64,000 bases of DNA from Eledone cirrhosa (GCA_964016885.1 OZ024743.1:296546001-296610000); one strand, 5' to 3'; positions 28,501 through 41,269 are shown, counted from the stretch's first letter. The notes: generated by a model not told the origin, from the letters alone. Numbers and translations: made by a program.

Positions 28501-29225
28501 CAATATATATGGTAGAAGAATATCGAATAGAACTTCGTCGGTTTCGACGGGGAGTGTTCCGTTTGTTAGATCGAAAAAATTACGTGCCAGCGGCTGAGCA
28601 TTCCAAGATAAGTATACCCATAACATGATTCTCGAAGAGATTTAACCTGAATCACGAGTTCAACCCATTTTATAGCTTATGAGCCGTTTCCGTTTACTTA
28701 AGTTCACTTACAAGGTTTGGGTCAATCCGCGGCTTGGGGAAATGGCCTGAAATCTTGGCCATGGGATCGAACTATGTATATTATGATCGCAAAACGAATT
28801 TCTTAACTATTCGGCAATGCTGCGTCTATAATGGAAGAATATGAACTAAAAAATAACAGCAAAGAAATATGGAAGAACCCATATGAGAAATACGAAAGCC
28901 AGCGGGAAAGCAACTACGAGACCACATACCCTGCTAGAAATATCAGCCACACCTCCCTCATAACACGCTTTACCATCTTAAAAGCGAAAAGACACATTCC
29001 ATAATTTAGTTTTATATACACTATGCCTGAAAATCCACGCTATCAGTTGATTTATGTAAATCAATTTATAATTCCACCTCACAAAAAATAAAAACCTATG
29101 TCGAACGGTCTACTAAAAGAGTCTAATTTTCTATAGATCCATATAACGTGAAAACAAATTTAATTTATTTATTTGTTTATGATTTATTTAATTAATTTAA
29201 ACGTCTGTGTTGAGTTGGTAAGTGG

Positions 29226-29495
29226 AAGCATGTGGCCTAGTGCTAAGTGTGTTGGACATACGATCATAATGTCGTGGGTTCGATTCCTGGACTGGGTTCT
29301 GTAATGTGTTCTTGAGCAGAATTCTTCATTTCATGTTTCTCTAGTATACTCAGCTGAAAATGTGAACCAGCAGTAGTTAGGGGTTAGCCCTGTATGGACT
29401 GGCGTCCTATCCAGTGGGGAATCTTGTACTCTCAGTCGTTTAACGCCACAGAAACCGGGATAAGTACCAGCCCGGTGAGCCTCCGGGTTCGAGAC
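29226..29495 (+). mobile_element. tRNA-derived SINE
   Basis: A box TGGCCTAGTG, B box GGGTTCGATTCC, and conserved-type body TGGACTGGCGTCCTATCCAG...GAAACCGGGATAAG. Confidence 0.75.
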
Positions 29496-30209
29496 TGACT
29501 TGAGAGACTAGTAGAGTTGGTAAGCCATGTCAGACTGGGAAAAGTATTTAATACTCTTTATAATTAAGAAGCAAAACCGACAGACAAAGAGGAAAAAAGG
29601 CAAAAAAGCAGCAAGGACAGTTATAAAGCAATTAAATATTACCGTTGAATCTTTTCGTAGTCTCCATGTATTACAATAACTTGTTTATAATTGGTAGATC
29701 TTTGACAACTTAGAACACTTTAACTGGTTTCAATCATTAGACGTAAAAGCAATGGTGGTGGCTATTATCTCATGGCAGACATACGTATATACATGTATGT
29801 GTATATATATATATATTATATATTCATAAGTACCATTTCCTAAATTCAGGAATGAGATGTTGTAAAATAAGAAAATATTTTTTTTAAACGGAAATGGAAA
29901 GACAAGGGTTCTAGGGGTCGATAGAGTAAAAATACACACACATGTGCACCGGGTCCGAACACAGAGGAGTCGAACTCCCACTGTCATCGCCTCCGTCTCG
30001 CCCTCCCCAGCTCTCACTATTATGAGCAAATGAGGCTCCAGGCACTGGCCGCCCCACGGCCCTGGCAGACAGAAAATATATAACAGCTTTAAAATTACTT
30101 GTTCTGTACATGAAGAAGATGGAAGGAGAAGAGAAGACTGCACTATTACCGAAAATAAGAAACCACAACACTAAATAAATGAAAGATAATAATAACATTA
30201 AAATAACAC

Positions 30210-30420
30210 TATTGTATCGGCCGCTCTCTGATAGGTTTGTAGTTGAACCTGTATCAGTGGAAACTTCCGGCGTTCTTGACCTTCGAACCACATCTCGGCT
30301 CACTGCTATCGGAGCGGAGCTGGCTGCCCGCAGGTGCGAGACACGCGAGGTGGGGTGGCTGTTCAGTTGTGTCTCCCTCGCTGTCCTCCGTGACAATGTC
30401 TTCTCCATCCTGTCGGCCGA
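30210..30420 (+). pseudogene. 3' fragment of a CRE-like (restriction-like endonuclease) LINE
   Basis: FVVEPVSVETSG...REVGWLFSCVSLAVLRDN. Homologous fragments at about 37480-37680 and 62155-62220. Confidence 0.65.
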
Positions 30421-30687
30421 GACCACATGGCGAACGACATATCAGGGTAAGAGTAAGGTAGTAGTCTTCAGGAGGTCAAAAATACACGTCTTCCCCCCAC
30501 CCACACATACTCTAATATATGTTTCAATTAAGTTTGCTACTTGGAAATATTAATGGCTGAACTGATCAAAAGATAAAAAAATTAACACTGATATTAAAGG
30601 GTCAAACAGCAAAGAGGCAATTCATACACTGATATAAATGTGTGTGCATGTATACATATATGTGTGTGTAAATCTATATATATATAT

Positions 30688-31017
30688 ATATCACAGAAAA
30701 AAGAGAATCAGTGTTGCGACGAAAGGAATTTATTGGACATATTACAATTGTTTCTCGGGCGACCAGCTCGAGGCACGATCGATGTGGTGATCAAACCTGA
30801 CTCTAAAATCGCGCGGTCGTCGGATACGTCTCGATTCTACGAAGCAGATTTTCCTATTGTCCTTTAACATCGAATTTCTTCGAAGAAATTCAATGTTAAA
30901 GGATACCATATCGATCACCATATCGATCGTGCCTCGAGCTGGTCGCCCAAGAAACAATTGTAATATGTCCAATAAATTCCTTTCGTCGCAACACTGATTA
31001 TCTTTTTTCTGTGATAT
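30688..31017. mobile_element. TA-flanked palindromic element with a hammerhead-like 3' half
   Basis: ~105-bp arms at 30688-30792 and 30913-31017, a second hairpin at 30860-30903, and GAAA-CAATTG-TA at 30951-30962. Confidence 0.8.
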
Positions 31018-31112
31018 CATACTCTGCCCTTCGAGGGCATTGAGTGCTCATACGGCCTACCGCATACGGACGCTTTAAGCATCCAACACCAATTATATAT
31101 ATATATATATAT

Positions 31113-31276
31113 ATAACGAAGGAGTTGTGGTAAGGAACCAGCTGGACCATAACGCACCAGAGTACTCAATACTTAGGGTAGTAGAGTGGGTAATAGGAAA
31201 ATGTATGACCCCGACGGCAGAACTCAAGCCGTTTCAGCGGCTATTTCTGGACAGTCCAGAAATACGCGTCGAAAGG

Positions 31277-31279
<3 letters not shown>
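31113..31279 (-). mobile_element. Family A fold-back element
   Basis: Matches 5452-5617 and 22201-22376; apex at GGAC-A-GTCC. Confidence 0.8.
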
Positions 31280-31337
<58 letters not shown>

Positions 31338-31567
31338 CGTTTCTGAATTTGTTTAGCAAGATTCTTTATCTGAAATCGTGTGTTGAAACCGATATTGTTA
31401 TACTTTGGGAGGGTCATGTTGCCAATAAGAAACACACGCACCAGTTGCTTTCACTTCAATTTATTATATATTTATAAATTTATAAATTTACAAATTTACA
31501 AATTTACAAACTTATAAATTTCTGGTTGGTTGGTTGGTTCCACAACCAGATAGTTGTTTATATATAT

Positions 31568-31612
31568 AGTCATAGTCCTTTCGTCACACACTCTGTGACC
31601 TCTTCAGTGACT
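31568..31612 (-). ncRNA. Minimal hammerhead in the PLE 3' region
   Basis: Mirror copy of 35623-35667. Confidence 0.82.
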
Positions 31613-31923
31613 GGGGATTCCTTTCTTCGTTTCTGTGCCTTTCCTTTCTTCTATCCTACGCCATTTTGTTTCTGTGTGTGTGTTGTGTGCTCAGTTTGCG
31701 CATGCTCCACATCCGGGTGTCTGTGTGTGTTTGTGTTCATTTTTCTATTTTTCTATTTCTATTTTTCTATTTGTTTATTTATTTATTTATTTATTGTTGG
31801 TTGGTTGTTTGTTCTATGTGTGTGTGTGTGTGTTTTCATTTTGTCCTGTGTGTGTTTTCATTTTGTGTGTGTTTTCAATTGTAAGTTGTTTGTTCTATGT
31901 GTGTGTGTGTTTTCATTTTGTCC

Positions 31924-34441
31924 TTAATTGTAAGTTGTGATGTTGCTGTTCCACTCATATTTTCTATTTAATTTTGGTTTTAATTCTTTTATGCTTACTG
32001 CCTCTGTAATTTGCCTAAACATTGCGTCTTTTCTGTGTGTGGATTCTATTTTTATTTCTATGCTCTCTAATCTACCCCTGTGTTCTATCTTAGCATGTTG
32101 GTAGAGCACAGATGATTCTTTATTATCTTGGAGGTCTCGCCAGTGTTCATTTATTCGTTCCCCTATACTACGAGCTGTCTCACCTATGTACACTATATTT
32201 TTGTTTCTACATTGTCCTTCAGTACATCTTATGCTATACACTACATTTCTAGTTTTACAGTTAATATGGGGGCTTATTTTACAGGTTATACATTTCTTAT
32301 CTATACATGAGGGTCTTTGGAACGGGTATGTCTTGCTAATAAGTGTTTTTACGGAGGTACCAGGTCTTTCTACTATCTTAATATTGAGATTATGTTTATT
32401 TAGGGCCCTTCTAAATTTGTAGGCTAGTTCGCCTCTAGGGGTTGTATTGATGAACATTACACTCTGGTATTTATTGCTATCATACCATGAGTTTATTCTA
32501 TTGGCCTTGTTCCTAGTTCTTTCTATTCTATTCCAAAATTTGCTCCTATACAAGGGGCAGGTCCCATTTATGTCATTATTTACCATTTTTTCCCATTTGG
32601 TTCTGGCTCCTTTATACACTCTGATTCTATCTCTCTGATTGTAGCCAGAGAACTGCATACGGTGGATGAAGTGTTGTATGTGTCTCTCTAGTTCTTCGGG
32701 GTTGCACATGCGGGACACATTTCTCATCACCCGTACCAAATCCGCAATCAGTATGTTGATTTTGGTATGGTCCGAAATGGCCGAGTTTCGGTGGATCAGA
32801 TGTTTGGAAGTCATGGGTTTGGCATAATGGGAATGGAGGATTTGTTTTTTTTTGTTTTTGGTTGTTAATGGTATCTAACCAGAGCTCTGTGTCTAGTACA
32901 GGTAATCGATGGTTGGGGTGTCTACTTGGGTAGTCTATAGTAACTCTAATGCTCTGGTGGATGGAGTTTGCTATTTGCTGGATGCTTTCCATTGTGTTTT
33001 TCTCTAGTTCCTGACTGTTCTTTAGTGGGGGTGTCTTAACTACGATGTTTATATCATCTACGTAGCGGGAGTACATTATCAGGGTTAAGCTGTCTTCTAA
33101 TTGTTCATTAAGTTTTTGTTTAAGTCTACTGTCCCACCATACCATGAATAAGTTAGCTATGTCGCCTGCAATGCTAACACCAATGGCTGCTCCTTCCTCT
33201 TGGGCATATGTTTTACCATTAAATTTGAACATATGTTCCTTAAGGGTTAATTTTATGCTGGCCCCTACCGCATGTGCAATCATTTTCGTCAGTTCATCGT
33301 GGTTTTCAGGTGTCCGTATGGCTCTGGTCCACCCGTTCCATCTATCTGTGTGGGTTTTCTTGGCCATTGAGGTAATGGTAGGTGGTCTACCTCTTGCTGG
33401 TCTTGTAGGGCACAGGTTGCTAAGGTCATAAGTGTCTAGGTAACTATTACTATGGGTAAGCTTAAGTAGAAGTCCCAGCTCACTGGTATCAATCCCACGG
33501 AACTCAACCTTGCCCTCGCTGATCATTTCTACGCATTTCTCCACAGCAAAATCCACGTCAATAGATGGATACAGGGACACAACATCCATACTGCCTATTA
33601 TGCAGTTTGTTAGGTCCTCAGATCGGTTACCCGCGCCGATTCTGCTGAGGAGGTCCTCCGTGCTGTCACACACATCTGGGGACATCTCAATGATGGGGCG
33701 TATGATCAGGGAGAGGAAGTAGGACAGTCTGTAGTTACTAGCAATGTTAGCCCCACAGACTGGCCGTGTTGGTGGTCCCGCGACAGGGTCCCAGCCCGTT
33801 TTATGGTCTTTTCGAAGCCCATACAACGCCGGCACGTCATTGTTCCAGGCCTGGAAGTTGTTGGCAGTCCTTTTGTTGGGCTGCATTATATTCGTCCACA
33901 TCACCATATGGGCATTGAGGGCTTTTTCTCTATCCTCATGCTCCTGTGGTGTTACCTCTCTTGTGTTAGTGATGTGGGGTTGCATTGCCTGGATGTAATT
34001 TGGCAGGCTGTCAACCGACATTCTGCCAGACTTGTCTGTTGGAAAACATGCTATCTCTCCATTACACGAGCGCTGCATGAGCTTACGCAAGCCATTTGCA
34101 GATTCTTCTCCCAGTTGCTGGGCCTCTATTCTATTATGCTTCTTGCTATACTGTTCTATAATATTTCTAAGTTCGGATTTAGCTATACTAAATTGTGCTT
34201 CTGTTTGTTCATCGACCTGCGACGGCAACTGCGTGCGTTTGTTAAATGGCAAAGTCGTGGCGTGGACTCGTCGTAGGTCGAATGATTTATCGGAGGGGTT
34301 ATAAAACGGAGAGTTCCAGGCTGCTGCTTTATGTGTACTAGTGCTATTATTATTGTTAGTTGTGTTGTTTCTATTTCCACCAACAGCCTCAGCTTCATGG
34401 TTGTTTCTATGTCTCTCATAATTACTCCTGTCTCTTTCCAC
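31924..34441 (-). pseudogene. PLE RT plus C-terminal GIY-YIG endonuclease, frameshifted near 32850 and probably 5'-truncated
   Basis: SMDVVSLYPSI, GAAIG, YSRYVDDI, LPVLD; Cys linker CIDKKCITC; VVYSIRC..YIGETARS..ERINEH..EA..LN. Confidence 0.92.
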
Positions 34442-34469
34442 TGGCTCAATGTTGTTATCTACCCTATAC

Positions 34470-35311
34470 CCAAAATCAACATGCTGATTGCGGATTTGGT
34501 ACGGGTGATGAGAAATGTGTCCCGCATGTGCAACCCCGAAGAACTAGAGAGACACATACAACACTTCATCCACCGTATGCAGTTCTCTGGCTACAATCAG
34601 AGAGATAGAATCAGAGTGTATAAAGGAGCCAGAACCAAATGGGAAAAAATGGTAAATAATGACATAAATGGGACCTGCCCCTTGTATAGGAGCAAATTTT
34701 GGAATAGAATAGAAAGAACTAGGAACAAGGCCAATAGAATAAACTCATGGTATGATAGCAATAAATACCAGAGTGTAATGTTCATCAATACAACCCCTAG
34801 AGGCGAACTAGCCTACAAATTTAGAAGGGCCCTAAATAAACATAATCTCAATATTAAGATAGTAGAAAGACCTGGTACCTCCGTAAAAACACTTATTAGC
34901 AAGACATACCCGTTCCAAAGACCCTCATGTATAGATAAGAAATGTATAACCTGTAAAATAAGCCCCCATATTAACTGTAAAACTAGAAATGTAGTGTATA
35001 GCATAAGATGTACTGAAGGACAATGTAGAAACAAAAATATAGTGTACATAGGTGAGACAGCTCGTAGTATAGGGGAACGAATAAATGAACACTGGCGAGA
35101 CCTCCAAGATAATAAAGAATCATCTGTGCTCTACCAACATGCTAAGATAGAACACAGGGGTAGATTAGAGAGCATAGAAATAAAAATAGAATCCACACAC
35201 AGAAAAGACGCAATGTTTAGGCAAATTACAGAGGCAGTAAGCATAAAAGAATTAAAACCAAAATTAAATAGAAAATATGAGTGGAACAGCAACATCACAA
35301 CTTACAATTAA
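34470..35311 (+). pseudogene. Inverted copy of the PLE thumb and GIY-YIG coding region
   Basis: Translation is identical to ORF 31924-32814 from LIADLVRV onward. Confidence 0.93.
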
Positions 35312-35622
35312 GGACAAAATGAAAACACACACACACATAGAACAAACAACTTACAATTGAAAACACACACAAAATGAAAACACACACAGGACAAAATGAA
35401 AACACACACACACACACATAGAACAAACAACCAACCAACAATAAATAAATAAATAAATAAACAAATAGAAAAATAGAAATAGAAAAATAGAAAAATGAAC
35501 ACAAACACACACAGACACCCGGATGTGGCGCATGCGCAAACTGAGCACACAACACACACACAGAAACAAAATGGCGTAGGATAGAAGAAAGGAAAGGCAC
35601 AGAAACGAAGAAAGGAATCCCC

Positions 35623-35667
35623 AGTCACTGAAGAGGTCACAGAGTGTGTGACGAAAGGACTATGACT
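35623..35667 (+). ncRNA. Minimal hammerhead in the PLE inverted arm
   Basis: AGTCA-CTGAAGA-g-GTCAC agagtgt GTGAC-GAAA-GGAC-TA-TGACT. Confidence 0.82.
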
Positions 35668-35837
35668 ATATATATATAAACAACTATCTGGTTGTGGAAC
35701 CAACCAACCAACCAGAAATTTATAAGTTTGTAAATTTGTAAATTTGTAAATTTATAAATTTATAAATATATAATAAATTGAAGTGAAAGCAACTGGTGCG
35801 TGTGTTTCTTATTGGCAACATGACCCTCCCAGAGTAT

Positions 35838-35888
<51 letters not shown>

Positions 35889-35893
<5 letters not shown>

Positions 35894-36221
35894 GTGAGGG
35901 TTTTTTTACAAAATGAAAAAATAACCGAGATGTCCTACACGAGTGAAAGTATAAAAAAAAAAAGATGAAATCGAAAATGCAACTGGAGTCTTATTTTTTA
36001 AAAATATATATATTTATTTGGTTCCTTTACCGGTTTCGCAGTTCTTCTGCTTTTCAAAAGTAAAGTTGAGATGGAGAGTCTGTGAGAAAAACCACAGACC
36101 CTCCATCTCAACTCTACTTTTGAAAAGCAGAAGAACTGCGAAACCGGTAAAGGAACCAAATAAATATATTTATTCTTTTAAAAATAAGACTCCAGATGCA
36201 TTTTCGATTTCATCTTTTCTT
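35889..36221. mobile_element. TA-flanked palindromic element carrying U3-A8 variant hammerheads
   Basis: ~125-bp arms around an apex near 36090. ctt-TTGAAAA-gcag aagaa ctgc-GAAA-CCGG-TA-aag at 36115-36154 (+) and 36023-36062 (-). Confidence 0.85.
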
Positions 36222-36222
36222 C

Positions 36223-36249
<27 letters not shown>

Positions 36250-36255
<6 letters not shown>

Positions 36256-36945
36256 TTAGAAATTATAAGCTTTCACCGTATTTTCGACTAAAGGAATTTC
36301 TAGCCTGATAGTGGGGTTTATAACCCTCGGAGAAATGGAAAAAGATGAGTGTTGCCGTACATGGGAGTCGAACCCACATCTTTGGTTATCCAGACCACTG
36401 TGCTACCATTACACCAATACACATCCCATCTCCTTCCATTCGAATTAGAAGCTATGAACTTAGCAAGTGAATGATAAACAAGCAAATTATAAACGTAAAC
36501 ATGTAAATATGTTTTTGAAACGGTGCGCGAGTTTGAAATTAGAAATTAGAAATTATAAGCTTTCACCGTATTTTAGACTAAAATACGGTGAAAGCTTATA
36601 ATTTCTAATTTCTAATTTCAAACTCGCGCACCGTTTCAAAAACATATTTACATGTTTACGTTTATAATTTGCTTGTTTATCATTCACTTGCTAAGTTCAT
36701 AGCTTCTAATTCGAATGGAAGGAGATGGGATGTGTATTGGTGTAATGGTAGCACAGTGGTCTGGATAACCAAAGATGTGGGTTCGACTCCCATGTACGGC
36801 AACACTCATCTTTTTCCATTTCTCCGAGGGTTATAAACCCCACTATCAGGCTAGAAATTCCTTTAGTCTAAAATACGGTGAAAGCTTATAATTTCTAATT
36901 TCTAATTTCAAACTCGCGCACCGTTTACGTTTATAATTTGCTTGT
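36250..36945. mobile_element. Palindromic element built from a 290-bp tandem unit with a tRNA-like module
   Basis: Period of 290 bp (36261 vs 36551), apex TTTTAG-A-CTAAAA at 36577, TA runs on both sides. Confidence 0.9.
36731..36801 (+). ncRNA. tRNA-like cloverleaf (pseudo-tRNA / Pol III promoter); mirror copy 36353-36423 minus
   Basis: TGGTGTAATGG A box, GGTTCGACTCC B box; D, anticodon and T stems pair. The loop reads GGA but there is no Ser-type long arm and the acceptor stem is imperfect. TTTTT follows about 10 nt downstream. Confidence 0.7.
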
Positions 36946-38782
36946 ATATATATATATATATATATATATAAGTTCAACAAGTTTAAAAAAGAAAAACTAT
37001 GAGAACTGGCCGGCAACTAATTTTCAAATCAGTTGCAATGAACCTATATCAGAGACCAGGTCGCAAATAGTACTATGAAACGTTTAACACAGAGAAATAA
37101 ATGATAAATGTGAAATGAAAACTAAGACATCACGCGCTGATTCTACACCTTAACCAAAGGCTCTTCTTGAGTATCTCCATATATATCGAAATGTTGAACA
37201 AAATCCGAAACATTAACTTAAGTCACTCGAAAGCATGATACATTATTTCAAGAAGATAGGTACTATTTGTCTACAAACTAACTACTAACTAACCACTTCA
37301 ACACAGTGGACGTCAAATAAATTATACGAGCTGTTCAAGAACACAATATCACAAAGTATAATATGAAGCTAACAGATTTTATGTATTTTTTAATGAAAAA
37401 GATGGCTGTTCCACGGTTTTTATTGCAAAACATACTTCACTTTACATAATATGGATTTTTGACGTTAATTCAAGACTGGAGGAGAATACGGGAGCTTGCC
37501 CGATCGCTTCCTCTTCTTACCAGTCGCCGTCGAGATCTCGGACCACGGACAGCTGACCTCCTTCGTAAAATCAGATCGATAGCCACCTGTCTGAGGAAGG
37601 AGCCCCATGAGGTGGGGTGGCTGCTGCAGTGGGTGTCGCTGGTATTGTCTGTGGAAATGCCTTTGCCATTTTGTCCATGGGGCGCAGCCGAACAATCGCT
37701 CTGACCTTCCCCCTTTCTTACTTCCTTTGTCTAGTAGTATTTGCTCTTCCCCTCCTTTTCTACTCATTTATGGCATTTCTAGTCCTTTCCAATACTGTTC
37801 TTTTTCTGTATGTTTAACCAAATAAAAATTGATAAACATTGGATTAAATTGACTTGATGCTTTGACTAATTTGTTGACCCAGGAATTATGAAAAGCAAAG
37901 ATTACCTGTTTTGAATTCAAAACATAGATGTTTCCGTATTATTGATTTCTTTAATGTGGTAGTAGCTTGTTCAGCCTGAGGCGATCCCTAAGTTATGAAA
38001 CATATAATCAAAGGCGTTCTGGCTGTGACCATACCATCGTTTTTTAGGATTGTATGGTGTGATTTTAAGGAAATCTGACTGCTATTCCTAACAGATCATA
38101 TTGCCACATAAATTTTATTTTACTTTTATTGATATTGAGACCTAAGTAAGCACTGATCGAGTAGATCTAGAAACAAAAGCGTTTTAGGTGTGACTATTCC
38201 GTCTTCTATTAAAATACAGTGTATCTAGAAACATATTAACCAATGTGTTCCTTCTTTTTTGTGTGTGATTTAGCTGCTATTTCTAAAACTTTGAGTGACC
38301 GCGAAGAGGTTTACTCGACACCCTGTTGGCTTGTATGTTGGTGAGTTGACAGATACTATAGAGTGATGAACTGCCTTACAACGTTTAGTTTCGTCTATGT
38401 ACGTCCTGTCTTCAAATCCCGCAGGAGTCGGCTTCACCTTTCATCTTGCTATGATGACCGATAAAACAAATTACTAAGAATATACTGATACCGATTCAAT
38501 CAATTATTCTCCACAAAATACCTCAATATTTGTTCATGTTCCAGTGGGAGAAACAATATTGATTTCTTTTGTTTAAGACAAGGCCATTTTTCATAGAGAA
38601 AGTGTATAGCCGATTGTATCAATGCTAGCATTTCTTTATGCGTATATAATAATATTCATTTCTCCTATTCTTTATACTTTTGTCAGCGTTCAACTAGAGA
38701 CTGCCCATACGCGACGATTACAGACGTCCGACGCATATATTGTCAGCAATTTACTAATCCAATGGCGAATCATCATTTCTCT

Positions 38783-38870
38783 GATAGGCACATGATCATA
38801 AGCACAAGACTATAGGAATAAGACCATAGGCACAAGACCATAGGCACGTGACCATAGGCACAAGACCAAG
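38783..38870. repeat. 14-bp tandem repeat
   Basis: About 6 degenerate CACAAGACCATAGG units. Confidence 0.75.
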
Positions 38871-39543
38871 AATTTTACGAAGAGATGTAGTAAAAAATTT
38901 AGTTGATCATATAAAGATCAAAATCAAAGTCGACCTTGCCAGACTTTGATATCTAATTGTAATGATGAAACTGAATTTCTTAAAGTATTTAGTCCGTCAT
39001 TAAACAAAATGGTTGACGTATTTGATCTCTTGTTTAGCGTGTTGGGCTCACGATCATAAGTTCGTTATGTCCTCGAACAAAGAACTTTATTTCACATTGC
39101 TCCAATCCATTCAGCGGAAAATTAGTAGCGGTGGCAGCAGCTACGAGTTAGCTCCGTGACGATATACTAGTCTAGTGCTACCCAAATTTGTTTTGTCACC
39201 CTTATATGATTTTCCAAAAATTATGGAACACGTTTCCTGAATTTTACGATCAACTCCCACAATGCTAATTTTAATAATACATTAAATAAAACAGGGCGAC
39301 ATTCAGAGTTGACAATGTACTCAGTGGTCCTGTGGGAGCCCTTACACGGACACGCTACGCTAGAAGAGGGAGATGGAGGATAGCATGTGCTGATACCCTA
39401 AGGACAGATACTGATCCCCGGGAGATGCGGGACATAGTGGCGATGATGAAGGACAGAGACTGCTGGAGAGAACGTCTCCATGGATCTCAGGAATTGATTA
39501 TTCTTTTCTCTCAGCCATCAATCACATACGGATATATATATAT

Positions 39544-39680
39544 ATATTTATTAAAATAACAGATTAAAGTTTAAGCAAAGAATCGCTGCTTTCACCCTTA
39601 ACGGGATCTTCAGAAGATCCCGTTAAGGGTGAAAGCAGTGATTCTTTGCTTGAACTTTAATCTGTTATTTTAATAAATAT
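39544..39680. mobile_element. TA-flanked hairpin folding back in a hammerhead core
   Basis: ~68-bp arms with apex A39612. Minus strand reads CTGAAGA-tccc gttaa gggt-GAAA-GCA...TGC-TT. Confidence 0.8.
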
Positions 39681-39763
39681 TTGCTCTAGGGTTCTTATAT
39701 ATTTGATATATATTAATCCTTATCGACCCCTCTTTGGATTTTAGTCTTCACATTTATTATTAT

Positions 39764-39871
<108 letters not shown>

Positions 39872-40287
39872 TGTGTGCATGTGTGTATGTAAAGAGAGAG
39901 ACAGTCTAACAAACAGACAGACAGACAAAGAACGCTGCTATCTGGTATGAATGAAAACATTTTTAGAAGATATACAACCTTTGCAACCCCACCTACAGAC
40001 AAGAGTTATGGTCGTACATTTATGTTCCATGACATATATGCTCCATGACATATAGTAGCATACATTTGATAGACAGACAAAAGGCTGTACAGTTATTAAA
40101 ATATGGTCTCATAGATGCAATTTGTCAACAATAGCGTCGTTGGTTATATGTTTCCAATGGGCCAGTCATCACTTTGCTGTATTTTTGACAACGAGAGTAA
40201 CACGAGAATGTCTAACACAATGTGAAACAAATATCATTAAAATTCACAATCAATTTCTTCATATATATAGACACATATAAATATGTA

Positions 40288-40347
<60 letters not shown>

Positions 40348-41269
40348 TGCATATATATTTATAGAAACGACGAGCAGCAACAAAATACACAATGCAAGTA
40401 TCATAGGTATTGACACCATCTTTCAATAGAGCTAATTACAGTTTGACTTCACCTAGTCCCTTAGTTTTCTGTAACACTCACACACACGCACACACATACA
40501 CACACACACATACACACAAACTTGCGCACACATATAAACATACACCCACAGACACACACACATATTGATGCAATAGATGGTTAATTTTGCTTCACTGTTA
40601 TCATTGCCGAGATTTAATGTTTTACTAAGTTTTTTTATGTCTTTTCCAAGGATGGAGGCATAACATGTTTTGCTCCATATATTATATTTTATTTTAAAAG
40701 TTTTGAGACAAGGCGATGTACATTTTGAAGTAAAGCCAAAATAAATTAAAATGCAAGGAACTGGTCGTCAGCTCGAATCAAGAAAAATTATGTTTTCATT
40801 GATCTTTCCATTGTCGTATTGGTCGCAACCCTTAGAAACGAGATTTAAACTCAAAGCTCACAAAGCTTCATTAGATACGAGGGTCGGCTGAAACGTTCAT
40901 AGGCTGACAAAGATACTCTCATTGAATTACCAAATAAGGTTTCTTTTTCAACATAGATAGTATTTGGAAAGAAACAATGCAGTTATTAATAAGAGTTGAA
41001 ATCAATATATACAAGATTTTACAGGTCTGGCATTACTCCTTCAGAGTCAGCCTATGGACTTTTCAGCCCATCCTCGTACAGCAAAGCATCCAACCTGAAA
41101 GGATAAAAGGCAGAGTTAACCTTGATGGAAATTAAACTATGAGTGCAAGGAGTCGAAACAATTACTGAGGCAAGGCATTTAACCCGATGCTCTAACCATG
41201 TTCACCGATAAAGTGAAAAAGAAATGTCTTAAAAACAGCTCTCCCGTCGCACATATTTGAACTCATATC

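Larger units (their letters stand above)
31338..35843 (-). mobile_element. Penelope-like retroelement with a ~1.37-kb inverted 3' copy
   Basis: 31393-32765 is mirrored by 34470-35843 with very few differences. Both outer ends abut (TA)n. Confidence 0.95.

Noticed and set aside
36731-36801. Functional tRNA-Ser(GGA) gene
   Set aside because: No long variable arm, mismatched acceptor stem, and it lies inside a repeat unit.
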